Shown one piece after another: positions 1 through 7,146 of a DNA stretch of 38,530 nucleotides. The translations under genes were made by a program, and so were the position numbers. The DNA comes from a virus. Taxonomy: Duplodnaviria > Caudoviricetes. The stretch's first letter is position 1; every line of letters starts with the position of its first letter. The DNA is taken from the IMG/VR virus record IMGVR_UViG_3300005662_000094, positions 1 to 38,530 of that record. One strand, given 5' to 3'. Below the pieces are notes generated by a model. It made no database searches. It saw nothing but the letters and a program-made list of their open reading frames with translations, and was not told where the DNA came from.

Positions 1-329
1 CCATTGATATTCTGAGAGATGGGCCAGTTTGTAACGTCTACATCAGTGTGAGGACCAGTGCCACCCCCAGAGTACCTATTGTACATCAAGATTTGGAGGC
101 GGTCGTCGGGACCACAAGCAGAGGTGGCTTGGTTAAGGGTTAGGAGAGTATTGAGTCCCGAGGGCTCTACACTCATTGTAGCTTCAGTTTGAGAGTCAAA
201 TATAACTTGATTTTCTTGGTCCAGATCTATAATCTGGGCAAATTCTTGGGGTGTGAAAGTTCCCGGTACAAGGATGGTTCCCTCACCGGCAGGTCCGGGA
301 GTGAATGTCCAGTTGAGAATGGCGTACAT
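1..329 (-). CDS. hypothetical protein, partial (runs off window), possibly structural
   Basis: ATG at 329 opens a frame (MYAILNWTFTPGPAGEGTILVPG...) with no stop before position 1; GGGTAA motif 26 nt upstream. Not in ORF track. Confidence 0.7.
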   Translation of the reverse strand, partial: MYAILNWTFTPGPAGEGTILVPGTFTPQEFAQIIDLDQENQVIFDSQTEATMSVEPSGLNTLLTLNQATSACGPDDRLQILMYNRYSGGGTGPHTDVDVTNWPISQNIN

Positions 330-354
330 TTTGGAATTTCGTATATGTTATAAC

Positions 355-360
355 TTACCC
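355..360 (-). promoter_or_regulatory. putative phage late-promoter motif GGGTAA (first of a recurring set)
   Basis: GGGTAA lies 25-27 nt before start codons at 355-360, 773-778, 5895-5900, 7142-7147, 9749-9754, 31065-31070 (minus) and 34360-34365 (plus). Confidence 0.6.
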
Positions 361-415
361 CCCACCATTCTTAAAAATGTCGTTTCGTAACACTTCGCTG
401 TTGTATCCGGGAAAT

Positions 416-748
416 TCAAGCTTCAGGGAAGAACTTTTTAACATCCGAAAGTTTAGGTTTCTGGACTCCGGGAGTGTTCTCCTCTACCGGGTGCCACTTT
501 GGGATGCCTTTATGCTGGTACCACTTCTCCTGGGGCCACTCTCTACCGAATCTTACCTTTTGGAAGTCTTTTTCTGAGGACTTATTTCTGCCCATTGCGG
601 GGTGAACTTCTACGACATCTTCTATATTGTGGGCTATCTTAGAGTCAGGCTCAAAGGCTTTTTCGTTTAGGGATTTCAAATAGTTCTTGTCGGCCTTCTT
701 GAGTAGTTCTATCAGAGTCGTTGCTTTTTCGTTGAAACTACCTATCAT
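416..748 (-). CDS. hypothetical protein (110 aa)
   Basis: ORF on the coding strand with GGGTAA motif 25 nt upstream; no recognised domain. Confidence 0.7.
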   Translation of the reverse strand: MIGSFNEKATTLIELLKKADKNYLKSLNEKAFEPDSKIAHNIEDVVEVHPAMGRNKSSEKDFQKVRFGREWPQEKWYQHKGIPKWHPVEENTPGVQKPKLSDVKKFFPEA

Positions 749-772
749 TGGGCTTTTACTGTTACCTGTGTT

Positions 773-1483
773 TTACCCTACATGCCGGGGGCATTTATTA
801 AGCTCGGACAGAATGTGGTCTATGCCCGCAGGGTGGATTAGTTCGGTTGTAGTTGGCGAGGAGTAGCGGTGGCCATGCTGCTTGGCCCAGCGAAGGAGGG
901 ATTGTTCTAGGTCGAAGCATTCTCCGAGGGTGGCGGTGTGGAGGTGGATTATTGATATTAGGTTATCTCCCAACCTTTCTTTTAAGGTGCGCTTAGTAAT
1001 GCCTATTTTGAAGTGAGTGCCGGATTCGTCTAGGTAGCGGACTAGGTAGAGGGTTCCTGGTAGGCATCTATAATGGGACCTAACTCCCCAACCTTCGCCA
1101 GGGTTTTTGTCTCCCGACTTTGACGATGACCTACAACAATATTGCAATCCCTCTAGTATTTGACACGATCTCTCAGACACACTATGCTCACATTCTGTCA
1201 GTATGCGAGACTTTTTAGTTAATCTTTCTGGTCTTCCAACCACAGTGACACTGGTCCTCAGCACGAACTCAGACAGTCTTTTCTCCCACACCTCGGGAGT
1301 ATTTGTAGTATGATTTTTTCTGGGCTTTACGCCTAAGCATCTGCACAAGTTTTGCACACATCCTTTATGTATACCGACTTCTTTTGCTATAAGAGAATAA
1401 CTCATACCCTCTTCATACCTTTTGGCAACATACGGCCCTAAAGGGGTATAAGCCAATCTCCCCTTATTCCAAGAGCTTCCCAT
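773..1483 (-). CDS. free-standing putative homing endonuclease (N-terminal HTH, C-terminal GIY-YIG/T5orf172-like domain)
   Basis: 'GTLYLVRY...FKIGITKRTLKERL...FDLEQ' fits the GIY-YIG/T5orf172 pattern; 'MSYSLIAKEVGIHKGCV' is HTH-like. Start moved to ATG 1483 because of a GGAGG SD and a promoter at 1503-1530. Confidence 0.7.
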   Translation of the reverse strand: MGSSWNKGRLAYTPLGPYVAKRYEEGMSYSLIAKEVGIHKGCVQNLCRCLGVKPRKNHTTNTPEVWEKRLSEFVLRTSVTVVGRPERLTKKSRILTECEHSVSERSCQILEGLQYCCRSSSKSGDKNPGEGWGVRSHYRCLPGTLYLVRYLDESGTHFKIGITKRTLKERLGDNLISIIHLHTATLGECFDLEQSLLRWAKQHGHRYSSPTTTELIHPAGIDHILSELNKCPRHVG

Positions 1484-1502
1484 GGAAAAATCCTCCACAC
1501 TT

Positions 1503-1530
1503 ATTATAGTGCAGAGGACCTAAAAGTAAA
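1503..1530 (-). promoter_or_regulatory. sigma70-type promoter TTTACT-N16-TATAAT
   Basis: -35 at 1525-1530 and -10 at 1503-1508, between the psbA stop and the endonuclease start. Confidence 0.6.
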
Positions 1531-1536
1531 CGGGTA

Positions 1537-4157
1537 TTAGCCGATTGTTGGTGCTGTTAATGCCACTGGAGTGGCGGTTGCAGCGGCCAAGTCAAGGGGA
1601 AAGTTCGACCCCTTTCCCTCACATTTACCATTCGTGAGGGCCAGACTATATCATCAACTTGAAAACAAGTTGTCGGGCGCTTATGGTGTATTACGCAGAC
1701 CGCTGTCTGCACCACCTAGTCGTTGCACCTTCCGCTGAAGCGTCAGCGGCTTGGCTCAGGATTGTCCTTTGTTGGCGGAGTTTCCCTGAGTTCACCCGAT
1801 TATCACCCTGCAATCACTTACAGGGGGCACCACTTAAAATGCGCATTTCTTTCGTGAACAACTTCGATCCCTAAATTAGCCCGGTTTAAGATATCTGCCC
1901 AAGTGGGAATAACTCTTCCTTGCGCATCCATAACACTGGAGTTAAAATTTAAGCCGTTAAGGTTAAACGCCATTGTGCTTACACCCATGGCAGCGAACCA
2001 GATTCCAACTACTGGCCAAGCGGCAAGGAAGAAGTGGAGCGAACGAGAGTTGTTGAAGCTGGCATATTGGAAGATAAGTCTTCCGAAATAGCCGTGTGCA
2101 GCAACAATATTGTACGTCTCTTCCTCTTGACCAAACTTGTAGCCGTAGTTCTGAGATTCAGTCTCAGTCGTCTCGCGAACAAGGCTGCTAGTAACTAACG
2201 AACCGTGCATAGCTGAGAAAAGGGAACCACCGAACACACCAGCCACCGCAATTTGGTGGAAGGGGTGCATCAGGATGTTATGTTCTGCCTGAACACTAAA
2301 CCCCAAACTTTCGTAAGGGAGTGGACTATCTCATCACCCTAATCCTGTATACAGGGTAAGGGGCAGGACGCTCTTGCCTGTTATTAAGAAACACTGTAGT
2401 TTCTCAGGTAGTCTCTGAACGTTCCTCTGGTGTACCAAAGGCTTCGCTGCTGATTTCCATATCTATTAGTCGGGGCCTCATGCCTTTCATTGAACAACCT
2501 ACTTTCAGGGCTCGATTCACTGAACAAACCGCACCCTTGGAGTAGGGGATTTGGTAATCTGAGTACTTTGTAATCTCTTCGAAAATTTGCCTACCGTTTG
2601 TGCAGTTAAAGGTGCACATTACGGGAACTCCTTGAAATGACCACTCAAACCTACTTCCCACCAAGGTTCTATACTCTTCGGATTGTTTGTGCTCGTTGCA
2701 GAACTTTCCGGTAGTAATGCCTCCTTTTCTCCCTTTCTCTACAGGATCTTGAGAGAACCAACCCGAACCTCTCTCAAAGGAAGTTTTTCCCCCTATTTTT
2801 CCAGCTTCTGAAGCAGCGAGGGTAGCATTGATCCTGTACATCCAGGCTATGTAATCCTGAGGTCGTCGGTAAGCTAGAAATCTGTAGTAGTGCAGGAACT
2901 TGTGATCCTCTAATGAGGCATAGACATTCAAGGGAGACTCATCGTCATGAATCCCGGTATATTTGGGAGGTTCGTGATGATATTCCAGCTCTACTCCCTC
3001 GGGGTAGACTTTGAGTCTTACAAACTCCAGATATTGTTCATAAATGTTCATTTAACTAATAGACTTAGGGTTCCAGCAATTCATCCCATTTAATCGAAGA
3101 AATTGCTTTCTAAGTGTGCCTCAAACTGACACAAGCATGTAGTTGAAGGTACCGCTGATGCCGAGGGGCATCGCGTCTGAAAATGCAGTTTATCTTATGT
3201 TTCCGTAAGGACTGGACTATATCTTTGCTTCGCTTTTTCTTCTTATTTAGTGAAGCGAAACACTGGGCGCTCTTGCCTGTTATTAAGGGAACTAAATCCC
3301 CCAGGTAGTCTCTACACTTTACCCGAATGTATTCGGGTCTTAGCACGGTATTGGCATAGTTTGCGAAGCAAACCTTAGCGTTCACCGTTTTCACCCAGTT
3401 TTACAAGGGCCATTATGTTAACCCTTGGCCGAAAGGATACACGAGGAATACAGCAGTCGCAGCGGCTACTGGAGCCGAGTAAGCAACCATAATCCAGGGG
3501 CGCATACCCAAACGATATGAAAGTTCCCACTCACGACCCATATAAGCATAAATGCCGATGAGGAAGTGGAATACAACGAGTTGAAAAGGGCCTCCATTAT
3601 AAAGCCACTCATCAAGGGAAGAAGCTTCCCAGATTGGATAGAACACCTACCCGTAAGTTTCCTTACGGAGCTGACTATATCATCAACTTGTAAACAAGTT
3701 GTCGGGCGCTAGCGGTGTATTACATCCCACGCTTGGGAAACCACCTAGTCGATGAACGTTTCCTAGAAGATCGTCTAGGACTTCGCTGCTGATTGCCATA
3801 GCTTGATTATCAAACTTTAGGTTCCCAGACAATTCACCCGATTTGCTTACGGCCTCACGGCAGTAAGGCACTCCTTTACGAATGCAATCCAATCGCATTT
3901 GAACTTGGTACCACTGCACCGGAAATGATGTTATTTCCGTACATGAGAGAACCAGCAACTGGCTCTCGAATTCCGTCGATATCAACGGGCGGCGCTGCAA
4001 TAAACGCCACAATGAAGCAAATTGCTGCTGTGAGCAATGTTGGGATCATGATTGCGCCAAAATGCCCGACATATAGACGGTTATTGGTGCTCGTGACCCA
4101 ACTTAGATAGCGATCCCAAACATTTTCTTGGGGACGCTGTAAAACTGTAGCTGTCAT
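1537..4157 (-). CDS. psbA: photosystem II D1 protein, five exons / four group I introns
   Basis: Exons 4157-3882, 3643-3421, 3185-3129, 2293-1839 and 1605-1537 join in frame to 1080 nt (359 aa). Y161, D170, E189, H190, H198, H215, H272, H332, E333, H337, D342 and A344 are intact; E130. Confidence 0.97.
1606..1838 (-). mobile_element. group I intron 4 of psbA (233 nt, ORF-less, after His337)
   Basis: Exon GCAU pairs with IGS GUGC (U-G wobble); core elements AATCCTGAGCCAAG, GCAACGACTAG, GATATAGTC; terminal G before AAC TTT CCC (NFP). Confidence 0.93.
2294..3128 (-). mobile_element. group I intron 3 of psbA (835 nt, within Phe186 codon, encodes endonuclease)
   Basis: Exon UGUGU pairs with GCACA; core GAATTGCTGGAA, AATCAGCAGCGAAG, TTCAGAGACTA, GAGATAGTCC; terminal G before TT CAG GCA GAA. 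Confidence 0.93.
2404..3051 (-). CDS. intron-encoded HNH-type homing endonuclease (215 aa)
   Basis: 'LEYHHEPP...[17 protein letters not shown]' HNH-like N-terminus followed by GKIGGK/GRKGG basic repeats; lies inside intron 3. Confidence 0.8.
   Translation of the reverse strand: MNIYEQYLEFVRLKVYPEGVELEYHHEPPKYTGIHDDESPLNVYASLEDHKFLHYYRFLAYRRPQDYIAWMYRINATLAASEAGKIGGKTSFERGSGWFSQDPVEKGRKGGITTGKFCNEHKQSEEYRTLVGSRFEWSFQGVPVMCTFNCTNGRQIFEEITKYSDYQIPYSKGAVCSVNRALKVGCSMKGMRPRLIDMEISSEAFGTPEERSETT
3186..3420 (-). mobile_element. group I intron 2 of psbA (235 nt, ORF-less, within Ser167 codon)
   Basis: Exon CAAGGGU pairs with GCCCUUG; core TAGAGACTA and AAGATATAGTCC; terminal G before CA TTT TCA GAC restores SFSD. 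Confidence 0.93.
3644..3881 (-). mobile_element. group I intron 1 of psbA (238 nt, ORF-less, after His92)
   Basis: GCAU|UC pairs with GAGUGC; core AATCAGCAGCGAAG, TTCATCGACTAG, GATATAGTC; P9 CCGTAAG-GAAA-CTTACGG; terminal G before TTC TAT CCA. Confidence 0.93.
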
Positions 4158-4179
4158 TTGAACAAAAGAGTAAGTAAGT

Positions 4180-4274
4180 GATCCTAGGGATAGATCTTTT
4201 ACGTTTCTCCCTCACTGCCCTAAGGTGAGGCAGGATAAGGGACGGATTGGCTTGCCTAGTCCCGGTGGGGCAAG
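4180..4274 (-). ncRNA. structured psbA 5' leader, PhotoRC-II-like RNA motif
   Basis: Three hairpins (CTTGCC/GGCAAG, CCTCAC/GTGAGG, GATCT/GGATC) with two potential pseudoknots (GGGAC/GTCCC, TAGGG/CCCTA) directly upstream of psbA. Confidence 0.7.
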
Positions 4275-4302
4275 ATGTTGACCTGGTGGCCTTCACATGA
4301 CT

Positions 4303-4330
4303 AGTATAGCACAGTGTTACGAAAAGTAAA
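4303..4330 (-). promoter_or_regulatory. psbA promoter TTTACT-N16-TATACT with extended -10 TG
   Basis: -35 at 4325-4330 and TGC-TATACT ending at 4303, just upstream of the structured leader. Confidence 0.65.
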
Positions 4331-4335
4331 GGGCC

Positions 4336-4485
4336 TCAGGATTCCCTATCCCAACCCCTCAGAAGCTCTTGGATTTTGGATGACCCGTACCCTTCGGGCA
4401 GACCCCGTTCATACATTTCCTTTTTGGAACGGTCTTCATGTGTTCTCTTCTTTGGTTGCTGTGGTTGCTGTGATTCTTTTGGCAT
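4336..4485 (-). CDS. small hypothetical protein (49 aa)
   Basis: ATG at 4485 (MPKESQQ...). The ORF-track TTG start at 4536 coincides with a -35 box. Confidence 0.5.
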   Translation of the reverse strand: MPKESQQPQQPKKRTHEDRSKKEMYERGLPEGYGSSKIQELLRGWDRES

Positions 4486-4507
4486 GGTCGTGGTTGCGAT
4501 TTTTACT

Positions 4508-4536
4508 ATTTTAGCATTTAGGGCCAGGTTTGTCAA
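4508..4536 (-). promoter_or_regulatory. sigma70-type promoter TTGACA-N17-TAAAAT
   Basis: Near-consensus boxes at 4531-4536 and 4508-4513 with extended TG. Confidence 0.6.
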
Positions 4537-4538
4537 TC

Positions 4539-5870
4539 CTACTGGACAAATTCCTCTACGTCAAAGATGTGGTAAGTATTTCCACCATTTTTCACCTCGT
4601 GGTGATTGCCGGTGAATTTATATCTTGCCCTACCCGAGGTTAAAATTTCATCTTCACGAGTGATGGAAGTTAGTTTTTCGACGGCTACTCCAGCTTTATT
4701 TACTGTTCTAAAGATGACTTTATTTGGCGTTTTATAGTTGGCATTATCCGAAAAATTTTGAGCAACTTGCAATGATGTTGACCACGATGCCAAGGCGCCA
4801 CCAAGGGGGGGATTAGCATGTTTTCCTGAACTCTTGGAGTCTGATATCATTTGCTTAAGGTCGTCGTCATTAACGTGAATCCCTCTAAATTTCTCAATTT
4901 TTTCCTTAGGGGTTGCTGCAATTAGCCTTTCAGCATCATTTGCCAATTTTAGATAACCGGCCTGACTAGGCTTTAATGTTTTACCTTCAAGTTTGTCTAA
5001 TTGCGCCTGTCTCATTTCGGAATAAGTGGAACCGGTAAATCTCCTGATGCCCTTCAACCCGTCCTCTAATTTGGATATCCCCCCTACCTTAGCGGCTATG
5101 GCATCTCTAATTTTTGTAAATTTATCTACGTCTGCCCCAGCGTATTTGGGGCTGAAAATGTTCCCTATAAACTCATGAACAGCTTTAAATTTCGGATTGC
5201 CAATGGGGGTTTCTATCTTTTTATCGGCAAAGTGCTGGTCAGTAGAGAATTCCTTTAGTTTAGGGCTCTTACCTTTGGCTGCCACGAAAGTTGGATCTTT
5301 TGGTGCTTTTGCAGGTTTTGCGGTGGGGGTTTTAGCTTCTGGTTTTGCGCTAGGGGTCCTGGGGCTACTAGTTGCTGGTTTATCAACCCATGTGGGTACT
5401 TTAAGTGGGCCTAAATTTACCCCCTTGTCTGTCAGTTGTTTGTGGTAGTTTGCTATAAGCGACCTGTGGAAATTATATGACTGTTTATTGCCGTCGTTTA
5501 TCGCCAAATTCATGGCCTTATAGTGTTTGGACCATTCTTTTTTATAGTAATCCTTTGCTATCTGGTGCATCTCATCTAGAGATGGTTTTGCTGTTGGGGT
5601 TTTTGCTGCGGGGGTTTTACCCGGAGCTTTAACTGGGGCCTTACCTTGAGCACTCTTAACTGTTGCAACAGCTTTATCGATAACCGGATTTAAAGCCCAG
5701 GGAATATCAACCATGCAAACGTGATAACCAGGGATACAAGAAGCTCCGCAAGATTTACCCATCTTGCACTTTTTTCTTTTCAATTTAGGTAAACCTGGTC
5801 CACCGAGCCTAGCCATTTGACCACGCTTAGCAGCATTAATTTGAGCTTCAGTTCTTCCGCTTACTGCCAT
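4539..5870 (-). CDS. Cys4-tagged ADP-ribosyltransferase (R-S-E clade, VIP2/Alt-like)
   Basis: C-terminal 'EKFRG', 'ASWSTS', 'REDEIL' motifs; N-terminal KKCKMGKSCGASCIPGYHVCMVDIP; AKTPTAKP linker repeats. Confidence 0.8.
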   Translation of the reverse strand: MAVSGRTEAQINAAKRGQMARLGGPGLPKLKRKKCKMGKSCGASCIPGYHVCMVDIPWALNPVIDKAVATVKSAQGKAPVKAPGKTPAAKTPTAKPSLDEMHQIAKDYYKKEWSKHYKAMNLAINDGNKQSYNFHRSLIANYHKQLTDKGVNLGPLKVPTWVDKPATSSPRTPSAKPEAKTPTAKPAKAPKDPTFVAAKGKSPKLKEFSTDQHFADKKIETPIGNPKFKAVHEFIGNIFSPKYAGADVDKFTKIRDAIAAKVGGISKLEDGLKGIRRFTGSTYSEMRQAQLDKLEGKTLKPSQAGYLKLANDAERLIAATPKEKIEKFRGIHVNDDDLKQMISDSKSSGKHANPPLGGALASWSTSLQVAQNFSDNANYKTPNKVIFRTVNKAGVAVEKLTSITREDEILTSGRARYKFTGNHHEVKNGGNTYHIFDVEEFVQ

Positions 5871-5894
5871 CAGATTAAGACATTCTAAGTTACT

Positions 5895-7115
5895 TTACCC
5901 TTCCTGCCCCTGGGCCAATGTTCCTAGCTGTTTAACGACCTCTTGGTTAACCTTTTGTTCCCACCCCCTTTCTCTAGGATTGAAAGACTTAGAGTTTTCA
6001 AATGCTGTTTTGATTGCCGAGTCTACGGATTTCCAGGAGATTGCCCCACTATCTGCCAATTGTAAGATGGTCTTACCATTAAATTTTTCAGATGTGATTG
6101 CATTACCAGTGGTCGCAAGGGCATTTATTCGATTTGTAAAAGCTACTTTAACCTCCGGGGACAAACCAGATTCATCGACTGACTTCTTAAGTTTTCTTGA
6201 CTGTTCGGCTACCCCTTTTGCTTGATTTGACCAAATATTTCTATAATCGGAATCTTTAGCGTTTGTCCAAGCCCCTGACCCCTGACCGCTCCTCAAGGTC
6301 CATAGCTCCATCGGTACAGACTCAAACTTTTTACTCGCCCCCATAGCCCTATAGTTAAAGGTCCCTCCAGAATCAATCCGAGTTAGGGCACCACTTTTAT
6401 TCACCATGATATTATCATTCACAGCCCCCATGAAATCCCAGTTTGCTACCAATGCGTCTGCAATCAAAGACTTTTTTAACTTATTGTTAACATCATAGTT
6501 CCTCAGTTCTGAAGAACTTAAAGAATTCAAAGTCTTCCCCCCTTCTACAAACCCGTTAACTAACTTCCCGTCAACCAATTCGGACTTGATAGCCCCTGAC
6601 CCTAATTTAGGGGCCAGAATATTATACACATCATTAGCAGCTTTTTCTGCTATATTTTGCCCCTTAGCTCCACCTTCCTTGACAACCCATTTCCCTTCCC
6701 CATCTTTATTGACGTAAAGTGTAGGCTGAGTGGAGCCAGGGAGCTTCTTGCCAGGGGTGAAGGTTTCTCCATTAACAACCAAATTATTGCCTTCAAATTT
6801 GATACTATTTTTTGTTGATGTGGGTTTGCTTAATTCTTTTGGTTTGATGGCTATTTTGGTGTTAGCAGGAGGCCCCTGAGACATAGCCGCCATCAGCTTA
6901 TCTCTGGTCTTACTGACAAATGGTGCTAAGACGACTGGAATATCAACCATGCAAACATGGTAACCCGGGATACATGACGCTCCGCATGATTTGCCCTTAA
7001 GGCATCTTTTTCGTTTACCGCCGGTTGCTTTCTTTTTGGCCCCCCAAATCTGAGATACTGTTCTGCCGTTTACAGCTCCACCCTGTACGTCATAAGATTT
7101 TGATTGAATCGCCAT
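5895..7115 (-). CDS. Cys4-tagged atypical kinase (PI3K/PI4K/HipA-like fold)
   Basis: 'WVVKEGG...NIAEKAANDVY', 'ADALVANWDFMG...NIM', 'RIDSGG' match the Lys/Glu pair, catalytic loop and DxG motifs; N-terminal KRCLKGKSCGASCIPGYHVCMVDIP. Confidence 0.7.
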   Translation of the reverse strand: MAIQSKSYDVQGGAVNGRTVSQIWGAKKKATGGKRKRCLKGKSCGASCIPGYHVCMVDIPVVLAPFVSKTRDKLMAAMSQGPPANTKIAIKPKELSKPTSTKNSIKFEGNNLVVNGETFTPGKKLPGSTQPTLYVNKDGEGKWVVKEGGAKGQNIAEKAANDVYNILAPKLGSGAIKSELVDGKLVNGFVEGGKTLNSLSSSELRNYDVNNKLKKSLIADALVANWDFMGAVNDNIMVNKSGALTRIDSGGTFNYRAMGASKKFESVPMELWTLRSGQGSGAWTNAKDSDYRNIWSNQAKGVAEQSRKLKKSVDESGLSPEVKVAFTNRINALATTGNAITSEKFNGKTILQLADSGAISWKSVDSAIKTAFENSKSFNPRERGWEQKVNQEVVKQLGTLAQGQEG

Positions 7116-7146
7116 TCCTTATTAATCCCCTTAGGTAGAACTTACC

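Noticed and set aside
1818-4157. psbA as a fragmented pseudogene or several short ORFs (1818-2306, 3110-3394, 3413-3646, 3683-4012, 3876-4157)
   Set aside because: All breaks have group I splice signatures and the exons join exactly in frame; 3110-3394 and 3683-4012 are off-frame or intron read-through.
1839-4157. Microaerobic D1' or rogue D1 variant
   Set aside because: Only A286 of the three D1' markers is present (G80 and F158 are retained) and all Mn ligands are intact.
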